From positions 256,001 to 320,000 of the forward strand of contig CAVQUB010000008.1 in the NCBI GenBank assembly GCA_963716725.1: a DNA stretch of 64,000 nt. Direction: 5' to 3'. Shown here in pieces: positions 45,131 to 54,945 of the stretch; position 1 is the stretch's first letter; every line of letters starts with the position of its first letter. Below the pieces are notes generated by a model that had not been told where the DNA came from, did not search any database, and saw only the letters and a program-made list of their open reading frames with translations. The DNA comes from an uncultured delta proteobacterium. Its GTDB lineage: Bacteria; Myxococcota_A; Polyangia; Polyangiales; Polyangiaceae. The translations under genes were made by a program, and so were the position numbers.

Positions 45131-47257
45131 TCAGTTGTACGTGGGCAAGTAGGAGTACTCCTTGGCGTACTCCAGCATCTGCTTCGCAAAGTCGTCCGGA
45201 TACTCGAGCTTGACGGCCGTGACCTTCCCGTCCTTTTCCGAAGCCACGAGCTTGGGCTGGATGAAGCCGGAGAACGGCTTTGCAGGCAGCTTGCCGTAGC
45301 GTTCGAGCACCTCGGCGTGCAGCTTCTCGTCGACCTTCACGCCGTAGTCTTCGATCAGCTTCTTGCCCGCGGCCAGGTCGCCCTTGCTCTTGATGCGCTG
45401 GACTTCTTTGAGCAACTCGCCCCACAGCGCGCGGAGGGCGTCGTAGTCCCGGATCACGAAGTAGGTCTTGCCGTCTTTTTCGACCTTCTCGATGACGTTC
45501 TTTGCCTTGCCCTTTTCATAGGCCCACCAGCAGATCATGGCGCGATTGCGCATATGGGACTGCTCGATGCTCGCGCCCTTCTTGATCCGCGCCAGCTGTA
45601 CCAAGAGGCCGCCACGCACGTAGCTGTCGTAGGCAGCCTTGCCCACTTCCATGGACTTCATCACGCCCAGGTCCATCAGCTTCTTGTCCATCACGTAGTA
45701 GAGGCCGACCAGGTCTGCGCGTGCTTCTTCCAGCGCCGAACCGTAGTTCTTCAGCGCTTCGCCCGAGACACCGTCTTCCAACTGCCCCGAGGCGTGGCCG
45801 ATCACTTCGTGCATGTCCACCTTGAGGTTCTGCCCCTCGGTACCGTGCTCTTTGGCCAGTTGGATCTCCTCCGGGGAGAACGCGAACTCATTGAGCACGC
45901 CGCTGTCTTTCGCAGCCTCGTCGTAGGCGTCCACGATGTTGCCTAGGAAGACCGACTTGGAACCAGCTTCTTTGCGGATCCAGTCGGCGTTCGGCAGGTT
46001 GATGCCGATCGGCGTCGTGGGCGCAGCGTCGCCGCTCTCCACGATCACGGTGATCACCTTTGCAGAAATGCCGACGACCTTCTGCTTCTTGTGCTCTGGC
46101 GCGATCGGCGAGCTATCCTCGAACCACTGGGCCGCGTCGCCGATGGTCGCAATGCGCTTGGAACGCACCATGTCCTTCAGGCTGACTACGGACTCGTAGG
46201 TGGCGCGGTAGCCCAGCGGGTCGCCGTAGGTCTCGATGAAGCCGTTGACGACGTCGATGCGTGATTCCGTGTCTTTGACCCACGCGACGCTGTAGTCGTC
46301 GAAGTCTTTGAGGTCGCCGCTCTTGTAGTACTTCACCAAGAGTTCCAAGGCCGTCCGCTGCTTGTCGTTTTCGGCGACAGCAACCGCCTTCTCCAGCCAG
46401 TGCACCATCTTTTCGATGGCGGCGGAGTACATGCCCCCGACTTTCCAGGTTTTTTCGACCAGCTTGCCATCCTCTTTGGTCAGCTTGGAGTTGAGTCCGT
46501 AGCTGATGGGTCGCGTGTCTTTCGGGTTCTTGAGCTTCTTGTAGAAGCCTTCCACTTCCTTTTGACTGACCTCGCCGTAGAAGTTGTTGGCAGAAGCCTT
46601 GATCAGATCGGCGCCCGCTTTGCGACTGACGCGCGTCGCATACTGCTTTTCGTCAAACAGGATCGTCGCAAGCTTGTCGGTCAGGGTCTTGGCGGTGAGC
46701 TTTTCCTCGGTCCCGGGCGACGGGTCGAGGGGCAGCAGCTTCGCATCGGCACCCTGGATCAATTTGGCAAGCGCGGCTTTGTCGAAGCCGGGTTCAAGCT
46801 TGGCGCTCGAAGAATTGTGGTGGATCCCGTTGTTGATCCAGATTTCCTTGGTGAATGTGAGCGCGGCTTTGTACTCGTCCGAGTCCTTTGCCGCGTAGCT
46901 CTGCAGCACGGCTTCCATGCTGCGGCGCACCAACAGGTTGAAGGCAAAGTTCTGATCGTAGGTGATGTCCCGACCAGAGATGGCAGCCTTGTACAGGTAA
47001 TAGGCGAGCTCTTTTTGTTTCGGAGTCAGGGTGTCGAAGCCCGGCACCTTGTAGCGCAGCACCTGGTGATCGCCGACGGTCTCGGTCACCGCTTTGAACG
47101 ATACCGTCGGAGCGTGATCGGGCACCGGCGGCAGGCCGGCTGCTGAGGCCGAGGGCGCGGCGGAGTTCTTCGTGGCGCCACCGGCGGCCGGCTTGTCTTC
47201 GCAGGACGGTGTGGTGAGGAGCAGGCTGCCGAAAATGATTGCGGTTCGCAGTTTCAC
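45131..47257 (-). CDS. Dipeptidyl peptidase III (peptidase M49), predicted lipoprotein
   Basis: NGFIETYGDP, PIGINLPN, hexapeptide zinc motif HEVIGH, EEARAD and HMRNR. The signal ends ...LLTTPSC. Start is the GTG near 47257 (47293 possible). Confidence 0.9.
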   Translation of the reverse strand: MKLRTAIIFGSLLLTTPSCEDKPAAGGATKNSAAPSASAAGLPPVPDHAPTVSFKAVTETVGDHQVLRYKVPGFDTLTPKQKELAYYLYKAAISGRDITYDQNFAFNLLVRRSMEAVLQSYAAKDSDEYKAALTFTKEIWINNGIHHNSSSAKLEPGFDKAALAKLIQGADAKLLPLDPSPGTEEKLTAKTLTDKLATILFDEKQYATRVSRKAGADLIKASANNFYGEVSQKEVEGFYKKLKNPKDTRPISYGLNSKLTKEDGKLVEKTWKVGGMYSAAIEKMVHWLEKAVAVAENDKQRTALELLVKYYKSGDLKDFDDYSVAWVKDTESRIDVVNGFIETYGDPLGYRATYESVVSLKDMVRSKRIATIGDAAQWFEDSSPIAPEHKKQKVVGISAKVITVIVESGDAAPTTPIGINLPNADWIRKEAGSKSVFLGNIVDAYDEAAKDSGVLNEFAFSPEEIQLAKEHGTEGQNLKVDMHEVIGHASGQLEDGVSGEALKNYGSALEEARADLVGLYYVMDKKLMDLGVMKSMEVGKAAYDSYVRGGLLVQLARIKKGASIEQSHMRNRAMICWWAYEKGKAKNVIEKVEKDGKTYFVIRDYDALRALWGELLKEVQRIKSKGDLAAGKKLIEDYGVKVDEKLHAEVLERYGKLPAKPFSGFIQPKLVASEKDGKVTAVKLEYPDDFAKQMLEYAKEYSYLPTYN

Positions 47258-47432
47258 GGGCACTTGGGTGCCACGGTCATGTGCCGATTGCAACGCCCGC
47301 TCCGGGCGCGCGGCAGGAGCCCGCAGACTCGAACTACGTTGAGTTCGATGCTGCGGGTCTCACGCCGACTGTTGCGGGGACGCAGCACAGCCAACCGTTT
47401 GCCCGCCACGGCGTTGCTGGGTTCACCCCGGG

Positions 47433-48704
47433 TCAGTGCCCGCCGAAGGCAGTGCCAACGCCGATGAAGAAGCTCCACGCGTCGTAGGCGACCGGAAAGG
47501 TGGAGAGCACTTCGGGATCGTTGCGGCGAATGCTGGCTCGCGCCGGGCCGTAGGCCATCTCTGCGGTCAACGAAAGCCGGCGTCCGCCCTCGACGCCGTA
47601 GTACCAGAGATTGGGGAGGCTCACGACGCCGGCGGTCAGCGATGCCTCGAAGGGGATCTTTTTGTCGCCCTGATCGCCCCGCTGGACGCGAGGCCCGCGG
47701 TTCACGGAGAAGTCTTCGGTGTGTACCGATACACTGGCTTGATGCAGCTCCGCCACCGGAGTCGCGGTGTAGGCCACGCGCGCGTCGACGTAGCGCGCGA
47801 TGTCGGTTTGCTCGAAGTGAACGGTCACGAAGTCGATCAGGTTTTGGCGGTCGGCGAGCTCGGTGATCCCCGGCGCCTGGGGCGGCACCAGCTGGAGCTT
47901 GCGGCCGTACAAGCTGCTGCGTCCGATGGTTTCGGCCAGCGAGTCCGAGAAGTAGTCGAACTGCCGCAGACCGCCCTTCAGGTAGCTCAGCTCCTTGAAC
48001 TGTTGGCCAAGCACCGTGGTCACGAAGCTCTTCAGCTCGGGCACGTCGATGTCGCCGAACACACCCTGCGAGAACACGTAACCAACGTAGGCACTGCCCA
48101 CCTTGGTGTTCAAGCTTCCGCCCACCACGCCGTCCATGTCGCCGGGCAAGATCTTGTTGAAGGTCTTCTTCCCCAACAGACGGATCGGGGACATGAACCA
48201 GGATAGAGCTGGACCCATCACCGTGGCGTAGGCGTATGTGCCGCGATTGAGCCCCTCGCCCACGACAACGGGCAGGGTGTAGCTGGCGGTGTAGAAGAAA
48301 CCGAGCGGCCCGCTGCGATACCCGAAAGCAACGTTCGAAGAGTAGAGGTCGACGTTGTTCAGCGAGATGCCGCGGAGGCAACCGCCAGTGGCCTCGGTGA
48401 TCTGTTTCTTACATCTCCCGGGGGCCTGCGCCGCGTTCAGGATGGCTCCGTACTCGAAGGCGAATAGCGCGATGCCATCCTCGGGTTCGGCGCCGAGCAG
48501 AGGGATGACGTAGCGGTCGAAGGCGCCGACCGCGCCGTACACCTGGGCGTTGGTGAGACTGGCCTGGCGAGCCGCTTCGTAACGCGTGGTCCCCTCGATC
48601 AAACCGAAGCCATCCGGCGCGAAGAAATCGCCTCCGAAGTCTTGAGCGCCGGCTGCGCTCGACCAAGAAACCAGCGCAAGGGTCGCGAGCGCGCGGCGAA
48701 TCAT
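47433..48704 (-). CDS. Hypothetical exported protein, possibly outer-membrane
   Basis: Sec signal (MIRRALATLALVSWSSAAGA) and amphipathic, aromatic beta-like segments. Confidence 0.65.
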   Translation of the reverse strand: MIRRALATLALVSWSSAAGAQDFGGDFFAPDGFGLIEGTTRYEAARQASLTNAQVYGAVGAFDRYVIPLLGAEPEDGIALFAFEYGAILNAAQAPGRCKKQITEATGGCLRGISLNNVDLYSSNVAFGYRSGPLGFFYTASYTLPVVVGEGLNRGTYAYATVMGPALSWFMSPIRLLGKKTFNKILPGDMDGVVGGSLNTKVGSAYVGYVFSQGVFGDIDVPELKSFVTTVLGQQFKELSYLKGGLRQFDYFSDSLAETIGRSSLYGRKLQLVPPQAPGITELADRQNLIDFVTVHFEQTDIARYVDARVAYTATPVAELHQASVSVHTEDFSVNRGPRVQRGDQGDKKIPFEASLTAGVVSLPNLWYYGVEGGRRLSLTAEMAYGPARASIRRNDPEVLSTFPVAYDAWSFFIGVGTAFGGH

Positions 48705-49090
48705 TCGGCCCCCGCGTCGCTCGGCGCCGACTTGTTCTCCACCACCAAATCGCAGCCGTTTCCGTACGCCAACCATGCGTCGAGGTCGTCGCCGAACTTC
48801 TCCACGTCAGCGCAACTGAGCTTCCGCAGGCTGATGGCGCAACCGAAGAGTGCCTCGTCGTTCACGTCGAGCTTGGCGATGCAACGGTACTGATCTCGGA
48901 AGCGCTCGTAGCGCGCGTTGCCGAGCTCGGTATCGTCGGTGCACGTCAGGGTGCGGTTGGCGATGGAGAACCCGGTTTCCTGGCAGACGTCGTCGGGCTC
49001 CAGCTCTTCGTAGCCCTTGCAGGTGAGGAGCAGCGACACCACGAACGCGGCGAGCAACAGCTCACTGCGACTCCGAGCGGTTTTTCCCAT
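48701..49090 (-). CDS. Hypothetical Cys-rich lipoprotein
   Basis: LLLTC lipobox and six further Cys. Its stop overlaps the next start (ATGA). Confidence 0.7.
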   Translation of the reverse strand: MGKTARSRSELLLAAFVVSLLLTCKGYEELEPDDVCQETGFSIANRTLTCTDDTELGNARYERFRDQYRCIAKLDVNDEALFGCAISLRKLSCADVEKFGDDLDAWLAYGNGCDLVVENKSAPSDAGAE

Positions 49091-49302
49091 CGTGGGAGCC
49101 CTTCTTTCACGAACGAAGGCCCAAGCGCAATCGGGATGTTCAGGGGGGTACGCTCACAACGCTCACAGTGTGGGCATCGCCAGGAGCTGAACCCACCATC
49201 GACTCGATGTCGCCGATCTCCGCGCCGTCATCCGCGCGCACCCTCGCCCGTGAAGCCTCCAAGGAGAGGGCGTTGTCCTCAGGGTGGTGCTAGAAATCGA
49301 GA

Positions 49303-50046
49303 ATGATCAGCGAACGAGCTTGGCTTGCGGTGGGACTCTCGATGGCGCTGCTCGGCGCCTGCGGCGGCGAGACGGGCTCCGACGGCGGCGGTGGCACTGG
49401 TGGCACCACCGCCAGCGGTGGCGGCACTGGTGGCGGGACAGCAGGCTCGGGTGGCAGCGGTGGCACGAGCGGCTGCGGCCCCATGCCGGGCGCCATGGAC
49501 TGCATGACCTGCTCCGGCGAGCTGATCGGCCCCGAGTGCAAGAACGGAAGCTGGAGCTGCCCGCCGCAAGGCTGCGTCGACGCGGGGCCCTGTGGTCCCC
49601 TGCCGGGCCCCATGGACTGCGAGGGCTGCAACGGGTTCACCAGCCCGGTGTGCGAGAACGGTAGCTGGACCTGTCCGCCCTTGAACTGTCCGGACGCCGG
49701 CCCCGACGGGGCGACCTGCAGCGCCGGTCACGTTCCGACCATCGATGGCTGTCTGAGCTGCGTGCAGGCCTCGACCAAGCTCGGTCAGCTGATCGAAGCT
49801 GCGCGCGCCAAGAACGCGAGCTGCAGCACCGAGCTGGACTGCGTGATGACCGGATCGGCCACGGCCTGCAATGGCTCCTGCGGCGTTGCCGTCAGCAAGG
49901 CCGGCGAGGCGGCGTTTCAGGCGGCGCTCACCAAGATCGACACCGGCTACTGCGCAGGGTTCGTGCCCGTCTGCGGGTACTCGACACCCAAGTGCGCGAT
50001 GCCGACCTTGGTCTGCAACGCGGGTCAGTGCGAGGCGAAGTACTGA
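49303..50046 (+). CDS. Cys-rich lipoprotein with internal tandem repeat
   Basis: LGAC lipobox, Gly linker and two CGP.PG.MDC..C.G....P.C.NGSW.CPP units 117 nt apart. Confidence 0.78.
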   Translation: MISERAWLAVGLSMALLGACGGETGSDGGGGTGGTTASGGGTGGGTAGSGGSGGTSGCGPMPGAMDCMTCSGELIGPECKNGSWSCPPQGCVDAGPCGPLPGPMDCEGCNGFTSPVCENGSWTCPPLNCPDAGPDGATCSAGHVPTIDGCLSCVQASTKLGQLIEAARAKNASCSTELDCVMTGSATACNGSCGVAVSKAGEAAFQAALTKIDTGYCAGFVPVCGYSTPKCAMPTLVCNAGQCEAKY

Positions 50047-50050
50047 CCGG

Positions 50051-51085
50051 TCAGAACGCGAACGGCACGTCGATCTGGATGATGTGGTTCGAGTCGTACC
50101 TGTCGGAGTCGCCCATGGGCTTGTCGATGAAGCGCGCGTAGGCGATGCCGGGACGGATCCACATGCTCTCACCCATCTTCAGGTGCACACGCGGACCGAC
50201 GGCGAAGCTCAGGTTGTCTTTGAGGCTGTCCCTGAGCTCGACCGGCGGCGTCTTGGGCGTCGAGAGCCAGCGCTGGTAGTTGAGCTCGGCGCCCAGCGAC
50301 AGCTCCGGGATCACGAAGTAGCCGACGTGCAGACCCGCCGTCAGGTTGGTCTTCGAGCTGTCTTTCTCGATGTCCTTGGCCTTCATGCGCATCAGCTGCA
50401 GGACGGTGACCTCAGCTTGCACGGTGAGCCCGCTGGCGACGTAGGCGAAGCCGACGCCGGGGAAGGGCGTCAGGTAGTTGGTCGCGAACATGGCGTTGTC
50501 CATGTACCGGCGCGCGGCCATGCCCGCGCCGAGCGCGGCGGCCTTCTCCGGCTTCGGGTCGTCGCCGCCGTTCGAGCCCAGCGGCAGCGCCAAGCCGAGG
50601 AACAGCCCGAGCTTCATCTCGGGGCTGAGCGCCAGGCCGTAGAGCCCACCTACCACCGGGTTCAAGAACGCGGCGCCGCTGTCGCCGGCGGGCGGCGAGT
50701 GAGTGACGTAGCCGAGCCGTACCAGCGGCGCGAAATTGTCCGTGACCTTGTAGGAGAACAGCAACGACGTCGCGATGACGGAGCCACCCGAGTCCGCTCC
50801 CTTCGGCTTGTACATTTGAAGCGACGTGTCGAGTCGCGCCACGTTGCCGGGCGCGATCGGTCGGAGCTGCCACGGCAGCGAGTACGGGGGCTTCTTGGGC
50901 TTCGCATCCGCTGCCGGCGCGGGCGTGGTGGGCGCAGTCTCGGCGGGCGCAGTCTCGGCGGCGGGCTCCGCAGGCGCGGCTTCCGTCGCGGGAGCGCCCC
51001 CGGTGGGGGGCGCTTCTTCCTCGGCGTTGGCCACGGACGCAGTCGCGAGACTGATCAAGAGAACGGGAACGAATGCAGATCTCAT
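50051..51085 (-). CDS. Hypothetical outer-membrane beta-barrel-like protein
   Basis: Sec signal, Pro/Ala linker, alternating beta-strand pattern and terminal IQIDVPFAF. AGGAGGT RBS. Confidence 0.72.
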   Translation of the reverse strand: MRSAFVPVLLISLATASVANAEEEAPPTGGAPATEAAPAEPAAETAPAETAPTTPAPAADAKPKKPPYSLPWQLRPIAPGNVARLDTSLQMYKPKGADSGGSVIATSLLFSYKVTDNFAPLVRLGYVTHSPPAGDSGAAFLNPVVGGLYGLALSPEMKLGLFLGLALPLGSNGGDDPKPEKAAALGAGMAARRYMDNAMFATNYLTPFPGVGFAYVASGLTVQAEVTVLQLMRMKAKDIEKDSSKTNLTAGLHVGYFVIPELSLGAELNYQRWLSTPKTPPVELRDSLKDNLSFAVGPRVHLKMGESMWIRPGIAYARFIDKPMGDSDRYDSNHIIQIDVPFAF

Positions 51086-51118
51086 GTGGGGACGACCTCC
51101 TGAACTCGCGCGCCGCCC

Positions 51119-51134
51119 TACAAGTCTCGTGCCA
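51119..51134 (-). promoter_or_regulatory. Sigma-54 promoter candidate
   Basis: The minus strand reads TGGCACGAGACTTGTA against the consensus TGGCACG-N4-TTGC(A/T), with one mismatch at the -12 C. Confidence 0.55.
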
Positions 51135-51226
51135 GTGCGTGCGGGCACTTTTGTCCGCATTTGCCGGCGTCATGGATACTCAATGGACGCAAAGGTCGAC
51201 TGCGCTCCCGCAGGATCTGCGTGAAA

Positions 51227-53051
51227 TCACTCCGCGGCGGCCCCGGCGCCCCGCGCGAACTGCAGCTCGTGGAGCCGCGCGTAGAGCCCATTGTGCTCGA
51301 GCAATTCCTGGTGCGTTCCTTGCTCCACCACGCGACCCTTGTGGAAGACGACGATGCGATCCGCGCGCCGGATGGTCGAGAGCCGATGGGCGATCACGAT
51401 CGCCGTGCGGTCCTTCAACAGCTCGTCCAGGGCGCGCTGGATCCGCGACTCCGTGTCGCTGTCGATGTTCGCGGTCGCCTCGTCCAAAATCAGGATCGGT
51501 GCGTCGCGATAGAGCGCGCGAGACAGCGCGATGAGTTGGCGCTCGCCCGCGCTGAAATTTGCGCCGTGCTCGTCGACCGGCGTGTCGATGCCCTTGGGGC
51601 GACGCTCGAACAGGTCGAGAGCGCCCATTCGATCGAGGGCCTGGCGCACGCGGTCGCGATCCGGTGGCTCGCCCGCGGCGACGTTGGTCGCGACGGTGCC
51701 CGGGAACAGATACACGTCCTGCGGCACCACGGCGAAACGACGCCTGAGCTCGGCCCGCGAGAGCCCTGCCACGTCGTCGCCGTCGACACGTACGACTCCG
51801 GTGCCGCCGTCGTAGAGCCTGAGCAAGAGCTGGGTGATCGGTGCTCTTGCCGGCACCGGTCGGACCCACCAACGCGATCCGCTCGCCGCGCCGTGCCACG
51901 AAGCTCACGTCCTTGAGCACCGGCGACCCGGGCTTGTAGCCGAAGGTCACGTTCTCGAACGCCAGGGCGATCTCCCGGTCGCCGGCCTCGGTGGCAGGCC
52001 CCTTGGGCGCGTCGCGCTCGGCCTCTCCGGATCCGTCGATCAGCCCGAAGATGCGTTCGGCGCCGGCCATGGCGCTCTGGAGCAAGGTGAAGCGCATCGC
52101 GAGGGCGCTGACGGGCTCGAAGAACTGGACCACGTAGGCGTTGAACGCCACCACGGTACCGAAGCTCACCCGGTGGTAGCCAAAGGCCACCACGATGGAC
52201 GCCAGGCAGACCGCGGTGATCATCTCGATGGCAGCGTCCTGCATGGCCTCGAATTTGATGCTCGAAATGTTCGCGTCCCGGTACGCGCGATTGATCGAGT
52301 CGAACTCGTCCGCCGCGCGATCTTCGCGCCGAAAGGCCTGCACCACGCCCATGCCCGCGACCTGCTCGTTCATGGTCGCGTTCATGCGGGCGGTCTTGGC
52401 GCGGATCTCGCGGAAGGCCTCGCGCATGCGACGGCGCACCACCGCCATCAGCACGACGATGAGGGGTGTGGCCGCGAAGGTGATCAGCGAGAGCCGCCAG
52501 TCGAGCAGCAGCATGAGCACGATGATGCCGACCAACCGCACTAGATCGCCGACGGCCGACATTGCGCCCGAGGCGAACAGCTCGAGGATGGCGTCGACGT
52601 CGTTGGTGACGCGGGTCACGAGGCGCCCGACCGGCTGCCGGTCGAAATAAGCCATGCGCAGCCGGTGGAGGAAGACGAAGATGTCGCGGCGCAGATCCGA
52701 AGTGGCACGCGCACCCAGGATCTGCGTGGCGTAGACCTGCACGTAGAGCAGCACCTGCTCGACGATCACCAAGCCCGCCAGCGCGACGCCGCCGCGCAGC
52801 AGCACGCCCGCATCTCCAGCGAGCACGCCGTTGTCGATGGCGTCCAGCATCACGAGGGGCCGCAAGAGAGACGTCGCGGCCGTGACCAACACGCCGCCCA
52901 GGGCCAGAAAGAGCAGCTTCCGGTGCGGCACGATGTAGGGCCAGAGGCGCGCTATCAGCCGGCGGTCGTAGACCTTGCCGAGGGAGCCCTCCTCGTGAAA
53001 GGCCTTGAGCAGATCCTCGGTGCGCTCTTGGGCCGTGAGCTCCTTGCTCAT
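51227..53051 (-). CDS. ABC exporter TMD-NBD half-transporter (MdlB-like), one +1 frameshift near 51839
   Basis: FDRQPVGRLVTRVTND and GPTGAGKS, then in the next frame VVPQD, FSAGERQL, LDEAT and AHRLST. Confidence 0.85.
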
Positions 53052-54864
53052 GGCGCCGCCGCCTGCCGGCTCGAAGGCACGATCTCTTCTTCGCCGAGGC
53101 GTGCGAGCTCCTGCTCGATGCGCTGCTCTTCGGCGAAGATCGCGTACACGCCGCCGGCCCGGACCAGCTCGTCGTGGGTTCCCCGTTCGACCACTCGGCC
53201 CCGGTCGAGCACGATGATCTGGTCGCAGCGCGCCGCGGCCGCCACCCGGTGGGTGATCAGGATCAGTCCGCGCTCGAGCTTCTGCCGCTCGATGGCCTCG
53301 AGGATGCCCTTCTCGGTGCGGGAGTCCACGGCCGACAGCGGATCGTCGAGCACCAAGATCTTGGGTTGGCTGACGAAGGCCCGGGCCAGGGCCACGCGCT
53401 GCCTTTGGCCGCCGGAGAGCTGAACGCCGCGCTCTCCGACCACGGTGTCGAACCCGTCGGGCAGGCCCAGGACCTCGTCCAGGATGTGCGCTTCGCGCGC
53501 CGCTTCGCGCACGGTGAGCAGGCTCGCAGGCGAGTCGGGATCGTCGAGCGCGTAGCCGATGTTTCGGCCGATGGTCGTCGAGAACAGGAAGGCGGTCTGC
53601 TGGGCGTAGCCCACGGCGCCTGCGCACGCTCTCCAGCGGCAGGTCGCACACGTCCTTGCCGTCGAGGAAGATGGCGCCCCGCGGCGTGGGCTGCAGGCGC
53701 GGCAGGAGCACTGCCAGCGTGCTCTTGCCGCTGCCGGTGCGACCGACGATGGCCAGCGAGCGTGCCGGCCGGCACCTCGAAGCTCACGTTCGAGAGCACG
53801 ACGTCGTCGCCGTAGGCAAAGGAGAGATCCCTCACCTCGAGGTCGCCCTTCGAGCCGCGGCGGGAGCGCGAGCGCGCCGTCGACGATGTCCGGCTGGGCT
53901 TCGAAGACTCTCTTCCAGGCGCGCGTAGGAAGCGCGACCGCGCTGCACCAGGCCCACCAAGAAGCCGAGCGCGATCAGCGGCCAGGTCAGCCGGGCGAGC
54001 GCTCGGTAGAACGCCAGGAATCCGCCGGCGCTGAGCTCGCCCTGGAGCATCAGGTGTCCGCCGTACCAAAACACCACCAAGATCCCCACGGTGGTGATGG
54101 CGCTCATGATCGGTCCCATGCTGCCCCGAAGGCGCGCGAGCGAGAGCGTCTTGTCGTAGTAGTGCTGGTTCTGCTTCTCGAAGCGCGCGAGCTCGCTGTC
54201 TTCCAGCGAGAACGACTTGACCACGCGCATGCCCGCGATGCTCGACTGCACCATCTCGCTCATCTGGCCGAGGCTGTCTTGGTAGTCCTTCTGGCGGGTG
54301 AAGATCTGGCGTGAGAAGTGCCGAGTCACCAGCAGCAAGATGGGCAAGGTCGAGAGCGACGCCGCCGTCAACTTCCACGACAAGCTCATCGTCACCGCGA
54401 GGGAGCTGACGAGCGCGAACACGGTGTTGATCACGTTCAGGACGCCGAAGCCGAGCAAGAGGCGCACCTGAGCCAGGTCGTTGGTCACCCGGCTCATGAT
54501 CTCGCCGGTGCTCATGTGTCGATAGAACGACGGCCCGAGCTTCTGCAACCGATCGAGCATGGCCCGACGCAGCTCGTACTCCGCGATGCGACCTCCGTTG
54601 AAGACCGCGACTCGCGAGAGGACGCGGATCACGAAGCGACCCGAGCGCGACCCCGATCAGCGCGAACCCGAGCCAGGTCGCTGCCAGGTGCGAGCCGTCC
54701 ATGGCGAAGTTGATCGCGTGCATCAGCCGCGTGTCGAACCAGTACTGGGCGGCCTGGTAGGCCGCGATCAGCACCAGCCCCACGCCGTAGCGCGGCAGCT
54801 GGCGCACGAAGTGGGCACCGAGCGTGACCGGGATCTTCGATGGATGAGGGCTCGGGCGAACCAT
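53048..54864 (-). CDS. ABC exporter TMD-NBD half-transporter (MdlA-like), about five +1 frameshifts (sequencing error or pseudogene)
   Basis: Reassembled across frames: TGEIMSRVTNDL, WPLIALG, QRGRAS, GRTGSGK, GERGVQLSGGQRQR, LDDPLSAVD and ITHR. Confidence 0.8.
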
Positions 54865-54945
54865 GCGGGGCGGGACGCGTGTTCTACCAGGCGTGGGCCA
54901 CGCTGGCGTGTCCGAGGCTCTGGGGCTCGATACCGCGCAGCCGGA

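Noticed and set aside
47288..47303. GG-N10-GC (CGGAGCGGGCGTTGCA, minus strand) upstream of DPP III
   Set aside because: The -12 element is good but the -24 element lacks GGCAC, so it is too likely to arise by chance at this GC content.
44474..49090. Possible horizontally acquired lower-GC island
   Set aside because: The impression of lower GC is largely explained by the Lys-rich DPP III. There are no mobility genes or boundary repeats, and I could not compute composition.
51180..53711. 843-aa ORF apparently fusing two ABC transporters
   Set aside because: It is a patchwork of frameshifted MdlA-like sequence, out-of-frame junk and the MdlB-like TMD, explained by +1 insertions.
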